Shown here in pieces: positions 18,334-31,889 of a DNA stretch of 64,000 nt. Within the stretch, counting starts at the first letter, position 1. Every line of letters starts with the position of its first letter. The notes below the pieces were generated by a model that saw only the letters and a list, made by a program, of their open reading frames with translations, made no database searches and had not been told where the DNA came from. A program made the translations under genes and the position numbers. The DNA lies in assembly GCA_020137815.1 (NCBI GenBank), contig CM035359.1, positions 1,240,001-1,304,000 on the forward strand, given 5' to 3'. The stretch comes from Hormiphora californensis (Eukaryota; Animalia; Ctenophora).

Positions 18334-18782
18334 GGGGGGAGGCACACTGAAGTTGAGCGCGCTCGTTCAAATCTCAACCTCGCGACACACACTGAAGTTC
18401 GAAGTTCGAAGTTTCGCGAAAACCAATTTTCGGCTGAGAAATCATTTGTAAGATGCTAACTTACTTACCGGTACATTTCTCGAGATGTCCTTTATCCATA
18501 CCGAGTCAATTTCACCGTTTTTGAAATTTTTGGCTAATCCGGTCACAGTTGTCCCAATTCACCAAAAATTTTAAAAACGGTGAAATTGACTCGGTATGGA
18601 CAAAGGACACCTCGAGAGATGTACCAGTAAATAAGTTAGCACCTTACAAATGATTTCTCAGCCGAAAATGGGGTTTCGCGAAACTTCGAACTTTTCCGCG
18701 AAACTTCAAACCGCGAAACTTCAGTGTGTTTCACGCGGTTGAGAGTTGAACGCGCGCGACCAACCTCAGTGTGTCTCCCCCC
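18334..18782. mobile_element. PIF/Harbinger-type palindromic MITE
   Basis: TAA|GGGGGGAGGCACACTGA...TCAGTGTGTCTCCCCCC|TAA. Confidence 0.8.
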
Positions 18783-19056
18783 TAATAGTTAAATCTCACC
18801 AGGGGGATAGTTTGTATGCAATTTGACAGCCCTAAACCAAGCGTGTGGGCACCATCTATAGGAAGGGAATCTCTCCCCCCGGGGGAATCTAGATTAGAAC
18901 TGTCAAACATTATACATTTCAAACATTCATTCAACACCTCTTATCCACTGCAAGCGGTCCTCTATCGAATTTAACCTATCGAGATAACGTTTAATTATTC
19001 CTTTTAGGGGGGACCTGTCACAAGTGTCATACGTGAAGATCGCGAATCAGGAGAAG

Positions 19057-19155
<99 letters not shown>

Positions 19156-19648
19156 GGAGAGAGAGAGAGAGAGAGATTAAATGAGACATGAAATGATATC
19201 AGAGTGGGCATGATAGAAGAAATAAACTATAGTAACTAGTAAACTAACTATAGAAACTCTCAGACTAAAACGGGGAAACCAATAAACGTTAAACCATCAG
19301 TTGGTTGAGATGTCTGATTGTCTGACTTCTCCCTTGCACGTTGGTGGCGCCGTCACCTCTCTAGTTTTACCGTGCTACGCACGGAAGTTGAAAGGGTGAC
19401 TGCGTCACCAACCTTGCACGTAAAAGTTTTACGCTGACGCAAAAGACGATTTTGACAATTTGACGTAAACAACGAAGAGCACGAACGCATCTCTCTTGTG
19501 TAAAACGTACGGTGCAGTCCCCTGGGCACGACCTTCAGAATCCAAATTTGACCTTGTCAATAAACCCAAAAGAAGCATAATCTGCACTGCAAGTCAGTGA
19601 CTGACTGGTGTGGCTCACACGAAATTATTTGATCGACACACAATGACC

Positions 19649-20448
19649 CCTCATCTGGAGATTCAAGTTCTGGTTACCATGGCAACTATCCTAGTTACCT
19701 TAGTAACTAACATAACAAGGCCATCATTGGCATGGGACACCTTCTAATTACCTCTTCCTCATCTGGCGATTCAAGTTCTGGTTTGGTTACCATGGCAACT
19801 ATCCTAGATACCTTAGTAACTAACATAACAAGGCCATCATTGGCATGGGACACCTTCTAATTACCTCTTCCTCATCTGGAGATTCAAGTTCTGGTTACCA
19901 TAGCAACTATCCTAGATACCTTAGTAACTAACATAACAAGGCCATCATTGGCATGTGACACCTTCTAATTACCTCTTCCTCATCTGGAGATTCAAGTTCT
20001 GGTTACCATAGCAACTATATCCTAGATACCTTAGTAACTAACATAACAAGGCCATCATTGGCATGGGACACCTTCTAATTACCTCTTCCTCATCTGGAGA
20101 TTCAAGTTCTGGTTTGGTTACCATAGCAACTATATCCTAGTTACCTTAGTAACTAACATAACAAGGCCATCATTGGAATGGGACACCTTCTAATTACCTC
20201 TTCCTCATCTGGTGATTCAAGTTCTGGTTACCATAGCAACTATATCCTAGATACCTTAGTAACTAACATAACAAGGCCATCACTGGCATGGGACACCTTC
20301 TAATTACCTCTTCCTCATCTGGTGATTCAAGTTCTGGTTACCATAGCAACTATATCCTAGATACCTTAGTAACTAACATAACAAGGCCATCACTGGCATG
20401 GGACACCTTCTAATTACCTCTTCTTCATCTGGCGATTCAAGTTCTGGT
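19649..20448. repeat. Tandem array (about 117-125 bp, about 6.7 copies) spanning a minus-strand exon end and GT donor
   Basis: The minus-strand unit reads ...CCAGAACTTGAATCTCCAGATGAGGAAGAG|GTAATTAG. Confidence 0.9.
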
Positions 20449-20730
20449 TTCTTTTCTGCCTTCTTCTTTCTCTGCCTCTTCTTCTCTACTGTAGCAGAAG
20501 GAGTTTCCTCTGGGGAGGGCTCTTTGGGATCAGCATGGACTAAGGTACTGGCAGCATCTCGCTGTGCCTTGGACTTCCTTGTCTTTTTGGGATCCTTTTT
20601 ATCTTCTTTATCTTTCTTCTCCTTCTTCTCTTTCTTTTCTTTTTTATCAGTTTTCTCAGTTTTATCTTTTTTGTCTTTCTTGTCTTTCTTCGCCTTTAAC
20701 CTTGTCTATCAGTCTCTCAACTTTTGGACC
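20416..20730 (-). pseudogene. K/E/D-rich exon-like segment of an unknown gene, with two stops near its start
   Basis: LKAKKDKKDKKDKTEK...PELESPDEEE|GTAATT. Confidence 0.4.
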
Positions 20731-21523
20731 ATAACGTGTTACGTCTGAGCCTTCTAGGAACGAATTCTAGAATTATAATTAAAGAGAAAATATTTAAAGG
20801 GAAACAATTCGATTGTCTTGTCTCCCCAATCATTTTTCTGAGCACCAAAAATGAGACAAAAAAATTAGTCCACGATGGTAACTGTCAGGTAACTGTCACT
20901 GGTAAAGCACGTGACGAGCTCCCTGAATCAGACGTTTTGTGGGATTTAAATAAATGTCTGACCTCCATCGCGGGGCCCCAGTTTTATTTGACGCACAATC
21001 CGTTTTATTTCTTCACGAACATAGCAAAACGGGATTGACTCACGATGCTGCCAAACTGTTTTGGCGTGCTGAATGACACGTGACACTGAAGCTTCATTAT
21101 TTAATCAGACGTTGTACTATGAAGGGTTGACTTTGAAAGAGCTTGTTAGTGGGAATACGGTGTCTGAATAATACGATATCTGACCAAAACTGCTTCTTGG
21201 CGTGCTGATTGAGAATGAGCACTCAACATGAATTTCATTAAATTTTAATAGCGTGGGTACTAATGAAAAGTTGCACAAGAATTTTGAAATGAAGTTACCA
21301 AATTATGATACTGCAGCGACCCTCCCCATAAAATCTAATAAAATTTAATCGAATTAATTAAAGGGTATATAAACATCATTATAAGCCAATAAAGTACAAG
21401 CAACATTTACAGAAGAGCTCAACAAAGTACAGCAATATGAATTTCTCTCACACCCATATGTAAGATAGCTTGTGGGCTTGATCTGAGCCCTCAAACTGTC
21501 TGTCCCACATAGTCCCTTTCTCT

Positions 21524-21616
<93 letters not shown>

Positions 21617-21873
21617 ATCCCTCTATGCGGAGACTATTTGCACACGACGTGTGTATGTTAGCCAACAATCACCTGTTCTCTCGATCTGTCGTTGACTCAT
21701 TGTACCCCCACTCTCTAATTCCGGACATTCTACAGCCACCCAACTCCGTGGCACGTGGAGTGTGGATAATATCCACTGGATATTCCTGTTCGGCTATCTA
21801 ACTGGAATCTACAAAGTTGTATAGAAGGATCTAAACCAATTGGAAAAGTGTACGTGTTGAGAACTATTGAATC

Positions 21874-23238
21874 ATGAGGTATCCTGGTAACGACGAGGAC
21901 CTCCAGGACAACAGTTCCGATCAAACTGTCGACAACCTTTGGGACATCCCCTTGGATTCCTCCAACGGATTCCACCAGCGACCCTACTTCATGTATGATT
22001 CAACCGTATCCGATGTCACTCCCCCGGAATCCCCCACCGGACTATCTAGTGAGAGCGGAGCTATTGGCCATGGCACGAGAAGAAGCGGCCGACCGGTAAC
22101 ACCAGAACCTGGTCCATCAAATGCAAACAACGAATTCTACGTCCCCATGATTTCCATTAATGTACCCTCACGGAGGACTCAACGGAGGTTCAACAGTAGG
22201 AGGACCCACCCTAATTGGTATGGAGCCTCAGCCCTCACATCCCCCCGGGAGGACAGTGACTCAGAGCATCAACCAAGATCATCATCCTGGGATCCTCCGG
22301 TGAGAGTTCCGGCACGACGAGGATACCCACACCGGCCATCATCACCAGGAACACGGATACCACGACCTATAATGTCCACTGGATTACCAAGCCTTCGTCA
22401 GCAGAATCACGAGCAAGATCATGGTCTTGAAGAACCATTATCAAGCTTCATTCCTTCATTTCTCCTGAATGATCCGTTCCAAAGTAACCCTGAAGTGGCA
22501 CGTTTTATCCAGCCGTCACCCTCCCCCGTGGGTCCGATTGGACCACCCACCACTATGATCAACACTGCCTTCACCCCTTATCAACCAGTACCACCACCAC
22601 CAAGAACTTCGCTGCCAATCGTCGTGGATCAAGAAAGCAATCAACCACCCACCACTTACCCACCACCCCTCAATCAACACCCCACCCCTCGGTATAATTA
22701 CATCGCAGTAGGTGGTGAGGATGGAAGGACGGTAATTGGAACTACAACAGGAACTGTCACATCATCGCTCCTTGTATCAGCTTCTACACAGACCGATCCT
22801 CCCGCTCCGGAGCTGTCTTCTATAATCTCAGAATCCCAGGATCTGTCATTTGATGACACTGCTTTGCTAGGTGAAATTCTGTTCAACAGACAATCTCGAG
22901 GAGTTATAGATCCAGGCGATCTATCCTCACAACTCAGCGAGAGAGCGGGATCTGCTGATAGTGTGGCATCTAGCGTCTCCCTCTCTGGGTTGTCCTGTCG
23001 ATCACGTGACAATTTGTACCTCCCCGTGGACTATGCAGACAGCACTGACGATAGCAGCGAGGGAGAAACAACGTCCACCACAAAGGAAGAAGATAGATCA
23101 ACACCGACGCTGGAAGAGCAGGAAAATAACTTTGCGGTGGATGAAGGGACTCCGGGGCCATCATCAGTTGAACCTGGATTTAGAATCAGTGACGCCGCAT
23201 CCCACCGAACTAGCAGCGGAAATCGTCGTGAACAATGA
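21874..23238 (+). CDS. Intronless 454-aa Pro/Ser-rich protein of unknown function; may continue out of frame to about 23662 (acidic tail)
   Basis: Long ORF with GC content above its flanks; no recognisable domain. Confidence 0.5.
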   Translation: MRYPGNDEDLQDNSSDQTVDNLWDIPLDSSNGFHQRPYFMYDSTVSDVTPPESPTGLSSESGAIGHGTRRSGRPVTPEPGPSNANNEFYVPMISINVPSRRTQRRFNSRRTHPNWYGASALTSPREDSDSEHQPRSSSWDPPVRVPARRGYPHRPSSPGTRIPRPIMSTGLPSLRQQNHEQDHGLEEPLSSFIPSFLLNDPFQSNPEVARFIQPSPSPVGPIGPPTTMINTAFTPYQPVPPPPRTSLPIVVDQESNQPPTTYPPPLNQHPTPRYNYIAVGGEDGRTVIGTTTGTVTSSLLVSASTQTDPPAPELSSIISESQDLSFDDTALLGEILFNRQSRGVIDPGDLSSQLSERAGSADSVASSVSLSGLSCRSRDNLYLPVDYADSTDDSSEGETTSTTKEEDRSTPTLEEQENNFAVDEGTPGPSSVEPGFRISDAASHRTSSGNRREQ

Positions 23239-24043
23239 TGTAGTTATAAAGAATGGACGGTGTAGATTATCATTTGAGATGTTACACAATGATGATTTGA
23301 ACGAACTTCTCTCTCAGTCAGTCACACTCAAACTCGAAGAGGGAGGTGTAATAAGACTAAATGTGACACCAGTACCCGCCGCCCCTGCTGCTGCTTCACA
23401 GATGTCCACAACCCGGGACTCAGACTCACCGAGACCCATCTACTAGGAAACTAACCCGCTATCTCGGGGGAGTAGTACAATCAGGCCACCGACGCTCCGT
23501 TAAATTCTGCGAGGAATTAGAGCGTGTTGAGGTCCTAGAGGAGGAGGAGGAGGAGTTGAGTGATACGGTAATAACGGACACACAGGAGGAGGAGTGTGTA
23601 GTGTATAATAGTAGTGAGAGTGATGGTGATGTTAGTGATCTTGCGGAGATAGAAAATGATTGATTTTGTGGATCTAATGTGATTTTAATATAAGTTTTAT
23701 TCTTTTGATTGATTCCTACAAAACTGGTAACTTTTTCTGTATTCTATTATAAATACAATTTCAGAAGTAATTTTAATATACCCTTTCGGAGGGGTTTGTA
23801 AAGCTTTGAGCATGACTGATCTTTAAAGGTTCCTGGTTCAGTTCCCGTCTAAACCCATTATATTTCCCGATTATCTCGGGATATAAAATTATTACGTCTA
23901 TTATAGAAGGTCTATACGAATCGCACTGACGCACTGCCTTCCACGGAAATAAATATCATGTAACATTTTGAGAACCTCTCTCGAAACAAGCATTGTCAAA
24001 CGTTATCATTTCTCACAGCACCGTCAGCGCAGTAATACTACAG

Positions 24044-24098
<55 letters not shown>

Positions 24099-24897
24099 TG
24101 AGAGAAAGAGATCGATAGATAGACAGTGCGAGAAAGGAGGGGGAAGCAAGCTCTTGTTTAATTGAAATAGCAATATTCATTTGAGCAGTACCCCTTCTCT
24201 CCCTCTCTCTTTCTCCCTCTCTCTCTCCTCTCTCTTTCTCCCTCTCTCTCTCTCTCCCCTCTCTCTCTCTGTGTCTCTCTTACCCTTTTACCACGTGCCT
24301 CGACAAAGAGCTCATTTAGCGATCAACGTTTTGTGTCGCACCCCCCTTTTCATTCTCCCCCCTGACTGGCTAGTTCGTCCCTTTAACGTCAGATTGTTGG
24401 ACAAATTGAACCTGGGACAGCTGTCAGTTCTCTGATCGTCTAGAGTATGAATCGGGGTTTGACTATATTATATATGTATAATAAGTAGATAAAATAGTAA
24501 AACTCGCTTTATTTCGCTCATTTTTCATTATAACCCCATTTATTTTCTGTCAAGATCAGGGCAGATCACTCACTCAGGAGTTTTCATTGTCTAAAGCACA
24601 ACTATTCGAGCGATTCGATATTATACCTGTCAGAGCATATTGGCCTGACAGAACTTCACCAAGATTTAGTTTAGTGGTGGAGGAAATGATCGGATTGAGA
24701 GATAAATATAGGGTGCGACAGGGAGTGAAGAGGGAGAGAGAGAAGGAGAGAAATAAGGAGAGAGAGAGAGAAAAGGGATAAGGGTGGTGGCGGTGTTTAA
24801 ATGTTTTATGTATGTCCCTTATAAGGCTAATTCGTTAAACCAACGTTTTAGTCGCGTGGTGATCAATCTCACGGAGAGAGACAGAGGGAGAGAGAGG

Positions 24898-24962
<65 letters not shown>

Positions 24963-25963
24963 GCAAGTTACTCTATTTCCCTTCTGTCACCTTCATTTCG
25001 CGATGCTTGTCTCTGTGTGCATGCAGCGTTGCGTTTCATGGTAAATCGATATTTACAGTAAACCTTTCGGGGGCATTTTCTTTTCAGTTCACGCCTTGTA
25101 GCCCAGCTTGGATATAACAGCTAATATTATTATAAATGACAGCTAGGGCCAATAAGAAGGGAGGCCGGAGGGTCTCAAATCTTCGATTCAAGGAGAAAAG
25201 GTTTTCAAAAACCATCATTATAAATAACCTAGGGATCTAGAAACTTAAGAAATCCAAATGTAAACCTTACGTGGTATGCTTCTTGTTGATGGAATAAATG
25301 TTGCCCAGTCAGGTACGTCAACTCACCGAGGGACGGCGGTAAATTACATTAATTAAAGAGAGAACAATCATTATCCTGATTTAGGTATGTGTGTTATAGA
25401 GAGCTCCTTTATAGACAACAAAGTAGGCCATCATATATAGCTGTTTATAGAGTGTGTGATTGATTGCTTATTTTCTAACAGATCAGACCTTGATCTGCTT
25501 CTCGCTTAATTAACTTCAGAGCTGTGCGGGGGTCCCAATATTATAAAGGTCAAGCTAAAATTCATCATTATACTCCACATTTACCACTGGGGGACCAACT
25601 TACAAAAAGAACTCGGGTATGTTTGCCAAAAGTACTCCCAATGGCAATCGTATCTTAACCCGCGTGCCTCCACACGTTGTTAGTTAACCTGCGTCTCGCG
25701 ACAGCTTGCAAAGTGCTAACAACCCAATGAAATAACGTGTCGAGGAGCCACGCGGGTTAAGATACCCCAACTGCCAACGTGACAAAAGTACCCATACTTT
25801 TTGTAAGTTGCTCAGTTAAGTTCAAGCTATGATTTATTGAAAGCTTAGATTGCCTTCAGTTTCTCTTTGATCAATCATTGCTACTACAATTATATTTTTC
25901 TTGCTATTATAATGCTTATTTTCTGCATATATCAAACTCATATACATAATACAATTTATTCAA

Positions 25964-26118
25964 AATAAACTTCCATATTCCAATTTAGTTCTATTCCCGA
26001 TGAAGCCGTAACGGCGAAACGTTGAAATCTTCGTCGTCTTTTCTCCCGTGAACCCTATCCTGGTCGGCGGTGTGCCTACCTCAGTAGTACTATTCCTACT
26101 ATTCTGGCACTGATTCCC
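25964..26118 (+). mobile_element. 155-bp hammerhead-containing insert (Penelope pLTR or retrozyme-like)
   Basis: 14-bp TSD TACAATTTATTCAA (25950-25963, 26119-26132). TTC CCGATGA A GCCG-TAA-CGGC GAAACGTT GAA at 25994-26026 has a U-to-C change in the core. Confidence 0.7.
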
Positions 26119-26145
26119 TACAATTTATTCAATCTCTATTTAGCC

Positions 26146-29140
26146 ATGTCAGTTGATGTAGCGTCAGAAATAATAAAGGACCAAGATTTCCTTAAGGAGA
26201 ATCCTGGACTACAATATTTCCTCGGAAGCACCCTCATTATATTTGGAATAATTGGCACATTAGGTTGGTTGTAGACCATAACGAGTTGATAAATTCTCAT
26301 GATCACATGATGATCTGTACTGCTACAATTGCTTCTACAACTTTTATTGTTATTGAAATATTGAATGTATCATTTACATATTCTCTGTCATTTCAGGTAA
26401 CATACTAGCCATTGTGTGCGCCACCAACTACGAAAAACTACGAACAGTGAGCAACAAGTTTATTCTAAACTTGGCAGTTTCGGATTTGTTTATTTGTTGT
26501 TGGACTATGCCTATTCTGGGAACGTGTATTCTCCGTCGGGACTGGAACCTTACCACCACCGGTAATTATCATATTGGTCTTATATGTCTTTTGGGGGAGT
26601 ACTGGAGAATTTCAATTTTGGTAGTCACTGAAGATCCCTTACGGGTGAAACATTTGTTTGGCAAAATTCTTTGTTTCCCTTTGTATTGCAGTAATATGTA
26701 GTTGTCAATCATCAAATTAGGGCAATGCTTGTTTTGTTATCTTTGAAAGTTCCTTGAATTTATTAATATTACCGAAATAATATATCAATTCATATTTCAG
26801 TGTGTGCAGCGGTTGGGTTTATTGACAATGTAATGCTGACGACATCCGTCTGGACTCTGGGGTTTTCCTCTTTGAAACCGGTTCTTTAGAATCACCATGG
26901 CGTTCAAGTACCATCGATATATGAACAACACGAGCGCCAGTATTATCATTGTCGGAATTTGGCTTATTGCTATAGTCACCGCAGGTAATTAATCTCCCTT
27001 TCGTTTTAGTATGTAATATACAACATTACAGTCGGACCCCGATTTAGGGCCCCCCGATTTAGTGGCACCCCGATTTAGGGACAGGATTTTTTTCCCCCGA
27101 TATAGGAAATTAACCTTATTTGACCCCGATTTAGTGGACACCCCGATTTAGTGGACAAGAGCCTTTCCCCCGAGGGTGTCCCTAAATCGGGGTCCGACTG
27201 TATACAACATTACAGTCGGACCCCGATTTAGTGGCACCCTCGGGGGAAAGGGCTTTGTCCACTAAATCGGGGTGTCCACTAAATCGGGTTCATAAACAAT
27301 GTTAATTTCCTATAACGGGGAAAAAATCCCGCCACTAAATCGGGGGAGCATTAAATCGGGGTCCGACTGTATATATAATAATCTTGCAGTTAGTTTCAAG
27401 TCTTACAACTTATCAGAAAGTGAAGCTATTTATAGAATGGTGAATTGCATAACTCTCCTGCGGAGCTGGTTTTAAGTCCAACTTATACTATAAAAGGGGG
27501 CTTGCTCAATTTATATTTAGTCCGTCTGAATTTAGATTATATGTATAATCAATAAGACATTTTGCGGAGAGTGCTCTATCAAATAAATATAGTGGAGAGC
27601 TTATTAAGATTAACAAGAGAAACGGGCGTTCTATAATCAAAACTTGACAAATATCGATGGTATAAGAACCATTTAAATAGCATGTCTCGACTATCAATCA
27701 ATTATACGGTAGTAAATTGGAGTACTCGAGCAAATCCAAATCTCTTTATGAGCAACACTTGTTGGAAAAAAGTTTTTAATGTATATTATTGTTTCCAGGA
27801 CCACCACTAGTCGGCTGGAATGAATATTACTACGGAGGATACAGCTGCGTTTTGAAAGAATTTACCATGTAAGTTACTACTTTAATTAGTTATCGTGAAA
27901 GTTACTTCTTTAGTTCTGTATTTTAAAAATATTTCACTTATGAAAAATTATTTATCAGTTTGTTCTTAAGAACTATAATTAAAAAGATTTAATGTATCTC
28001 GAATAGCGAACATGAATAGTTCATAATGGGTGACTATAAAAGTATAATGTCTAGACATTAGCTATCAACTAGTATAGAAAACTCTCCAACCTACTGTACT
28101 AGCAAAAAATACTATTTTTTCATAAAATTCTCTTTTTTTAGAGATACAACCGGAGGACTATATTTCATCTACCTTACCATCCTATACCTCCCAGTCCCCC
28201 TTGGACTCATCCTTTACTCCTACACGTTCATTTTCATAACAGCTCGAAAACAGTAAGTTTTGAATTTCTCACGCCACAAGGACGGTTTGATTTTTAATCA
28301 GCACGTGATCGGTTAAGAGCCACACCTCTCCATGTGTCATATTTTAGAAAAAATAATTACATATAATATGCCCCTCCATTGTCTGCTACAGAATATATGA
28401 TAATTTTATCTCTCTTTCTCTCTCTCTCCCTCTCTTTCTCTCCATTGCATTACGCAATGAAGTATTTGATTTTGGGTCAGGGAAAGATAGTTAAATATCC
28501 GAGTTAGTTGGTCTAAAAATTTTGTTCATACAATGTTTGATGTAATTCCTTTTCTAGATAAATTATGTCACCAATTGACTAACATCTCTTAATTCTCAGC
28601 AAAAAGAACTCCAAACTCCGAAAGATGCACCGTTTGACTATCCAGTCTGTGTACCGGGAGAACATTGAAAACAACAAGATGTCAGAGGATGGGGCGCGAT
28701 CATCTGAAGATCCCGTTTCCATGGAACCCGTACCGTACCCACCCGTCAGTGAGGACATGCTAAACAGCAAGGGGGAACAGGAGCAGCAGCCAATCAGGAA
28801 GAAATGCTCAGGAAAGGTTGACAGGACGACGATCATGATTGTTGTTATCATTGGCATGACGATGATAACCCAAATTCCAGTTTGCAGCGTCTACACATTC
28901 AATTACTTCATCTCTTACTTTGTGGGAACGGGAAAGGAGATCGCTATCGGGCATGTCCTGAGTGCACTTCTACATTGGTTACTTCTCATGAACAGTGCAG
29001 CTGATCCGGTCATCTATGGGGTGATGAACCCACCCTTCCGTAATGCATACATTTCATCTTATTTGAGCGTGAAAAGGTGTTTGTCAAGACAGGATGGTTT
29101 ACCGCCAAAGAGGAGCGAGTCGTACACATCGAAAAAGTGA
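26146..29140 (+). CDS. Class A (rhodopsin-like) GPCR, not an opsin
   Basis: Exons 26146-26263, 26397-26561, 26801-26984 (one extra A near 26875), 27800-27868, 28142-28252 and 28600-29140. Motifs GN, NLAVSD, NRF, PPLVGW, NSAADPVIY; Leu at the K296-equivalent position. Confidence 0.9.
27030..27369. mobile_element. Two adjacent pogo/Tigger-like MITEs (27030-27201, 27213-27369)
   Basis: TA|CAGTCGGACCCCG...GGGGTCCGACTG|TA twice. Confidence 0.85.
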
Positions 29141-29739
29141 AGAAAATAGTTATGACATTAACTTAATTAATTGAAGCGATTATATATTAAGTTTTAGGAC
29201 TGAATTATAGAGACCTATTCTACGGATAGATTCGAAAGCTCAAGAGGGTTCTTTATCATGCTTATCATGCTTATGTAAAATGTATACCAAAAGAAATTCT
29301 TAGAAGAACTACTAAACTTAAAGTTGACTGATAATATGTATACGTGTATCAATGTGTGCGTGTGTGTTCTATCTTATTCTTTATTTGTTTAAATGTGTGG
29401 AGGTATCTAATTTTGAACGTTGCCTGTCCCTTCCGTTCGCCCGTGTAATTATCTCACAGTGCATTTTATTTTCTGTATTTATTGTATCTGATTGTCTCTA
29501 AAAAACACATTGTTTTCTTTTTTAAATATAATTTCAACTTGAACAAGTTACAAGTAAACGACAAATTTGTATAAAAAGAAGCACCTACACTCTACTTTAT
29601 ATATGCAATAAACCGCCAACCGGGTTTATATGTAGCGGGTCGCCCGCTAGGAAGATTCGCTTCACCATATATACTGCCCGACCTGCGAAGTAGGGAGGGT
29701 GGTATATCATGGTATAAAACCCGAGGGAGGGGTTTATTA

Positions 29740-30709
29740 CGGTGGCAGATTCCGGCCAAGTGTTTTTTCAATCAAGTGAAATATTTTTGTTTGAAGTTTT
29801 ATAAAAATTTTATTTCAAAATAAAAATAAACATGTCGTTAAAATTATTGGCCGGAATCTGCCACGCGGGTGGCAGATTCCGGCCAAGATTCTCAAAAAAC
29901 CTTGGCCAGAATCTGCCACACACGTGGCAGATTCTGGCCAACCAACTAAAACTTGTTTATATCAAAGCGAAAACCACTGTACCCGACTAATTTTGATACG
30001 CTGAATCACGTAAGATACTTTTCCAATCCCTCAGAGGTCGGGAAAGTGTCATAATTGACCATAATTGGGTCTAATTGACCCCATTTACAACTTTTCACCT
30101 TGAAACGATAGACGCTTATGTGAAGGCACTTTTCCGACTAATTTTGATACGCTGAATCATGTAAGCAACTTTTCCAAGTCCTCCGAGGTCGGGAAAATGC
30201 CTTAATTGGGTATAATTGGGTCTAATTAGCCTTAATTGCTCAATTAGGGCACTTTGCCGATCTCTGAGGACTTGGAAAAGTTGCTTACGTGATTCAGCGT
30301 ATCAAAATTAGTCGGAAAAGTGCCTTCACATAAGCGTCTATCGTTTTAAGGCGAAAAGTTGTAAGTGGGGTCAATTAGACCCAATTATGGTCAATTATGA
30401 CACTTTCCCGACCTCTGAGGGATTGGAAAAGTATCTTACGTGATTCAGCGTATCAAAATTAGTCGGGTACAGTGGTTTTCGCTTTGATATAAACAAGTTT
30501 TAGTTGGTTGGCCAGAATCTGCCACGTGTGTGGCAGATTCTGGCCAAGGTTTTTTAAGAATCTTGGCCGGAATCTGCCACCCGCGTGGCAGATTCCGGCC
30601 AATAATTTTAACGACATGTTTATTTTTATTTTGAAATAAAATTTTTATAAAACTTCAAACAAAAATATTTCACTTGATTGAAAAAACTCTTGGCCGGAAT
30701 CTGCCACCG
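29740..30709. mobile_element. 970-bp near-perfect palindromic DNA transposon with TA TSD
   Basis: TA|CGGTGGCAGATTCCGGCCAAG...CTTGGCCGGAATCTGCCACCG|TA. Confidence 0.9.
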
Positions 30710-30950
30710 TAGTTTATACTTTATATCAGCAAGGATTTATTGCGGCAGAAGATCCTTCACTTCTCGTCTTACAACTTCTCTTCTCGTCTTACAACTTATC
30801 ACTTCTCGTCTTACAACTTATCACTTCTCGTCTTACAACTTTCACTTCTCGTCTTACAACTTATCGTTTTGCATCGAATTTCGTCTTCTTGTTTTTAACA
30901 GTACCACAGCAAATGGCTACCTTGTAGCTTTTATACAAAACAGCGAAAAA

Positions 30951-31889
30951 ATGGAGATCGACAAAAACTGGTACGATGAATGGACACAAAAAGTGAAGAG
31001 GCTACCAGTCACCATGAACAACGTTCTGGGGAGAGAATGGGAGGCCGACCAGAAGAACGGATGGAAGGACGCCACTTGGCAGATAATGCGAGGTGAAAAC
31101 TGGGATGCTTTGATTGAACTAATGGAAAATACGGTTAAAATGTACAAACTGCTGAACGTTGCCGATGATATCTTCGCCAAGTCCACTACAAATGAATCTG
31201 TCGAGCAAACAGCTGTGGACAGACTAAGTGCAGACAAGGAGACCGCAGATTGCGAGGAAACGTTGGCGGATATGGAATCGGTCGGTAATGCATCTGAGTC
31301 ACTATCCTGGATGCTTGATCGCAAATTTGAATCAGATGATTATGCATCTGGCCCTGGGTCAATATCGATGTCTAGTGAAATTGCTTCCTATAAAGAGGAA
31401 AAAACGGGACCCACTGACAAGCGGCAGAATGTTATCGTGTTTTTACCTGCAGACATGGATGGCTCTATTCATGATGAGGCGATTGAAAAAGCTTTTGTAT
31501 ACCTTGGGTGTGAACAATTTAGTATAATGAACACGGAAATGGTCAGGGACAGAGGTGAGGACTGCAACGGGAAAATTGTACTTAGAGTACAAATGAACAC
31601 AGTAAAACAAGCATCAAAAGCCCTTGCTAATGCGTACAAACTGAAGAACTACCCTGTGCCTGGAATCTACATTGCCAAGGATATGACATACCATCAACGG
31701 CTAAAGATGCGAGAACTTGTGAAGACTCTACGGTACAGGATAGAAATGCTACCAAAGTACCGATGGAAAATTGTTGATTGGGAAGTGGTTAACGTCGGTC
31801 GTTTCAAGAAACAAGAGCAAGATTTCAAGCATGATTTGATGAACAGTTATAGTGGTTCACTGGATAGTATTTCTAGTGGACCACTATAG
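30951..31889 (+). CDS. Stand-alone LINE-ORF1-like protein with no ORF2 downstream
   Basis: C-terminal KRQNVIVF...LRVQM..ALANAYKLK...IYIAKDMTYHQRLKMRELVKTL resembles the ORF1 RRM/CTD. AATAAA near 31937 and 31992; about 21-bp tandem repeats upstream (30757-30862). Confidence 0.65.
   Translation: MEIDKNWYDEWTQKVKRLPVTMNNVLGREWEADQKNGWKDATWQIMRGENWDALIELMENTVKMYKLLNVADDIFAKSTTNESVEQTAVDRLSADKETADCEETLADMESVGNASESLSWMLDRKFESDDYASGPGSISMSSEIASYKEEKTGPTDKRQNVIVFLPADMDGSIHDEAIEKAFVYLGCEQFSIMNTEMVRDRGEDCNGKIVLRVQMNTVKQASKALANAYKLKNYPVPGIYIAKDMTYHQRLKMRELVKTLRYRIEMLPKYRWKIVDWEVVNVGRFKKQEQDFKHDLMNSYSGSLDSISSGPL

Noticed and set aside
26870-26885. GPCR (and MCTP near 36158) as pseudogenes or programmed frameshifts
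   Set aside because: Single extra bases in short homopolymers in a visibly noisy assembly.
28950-29030. GPCR as an opsin
   Set aside because: No lysine at the K296-equivalent position in TM7.
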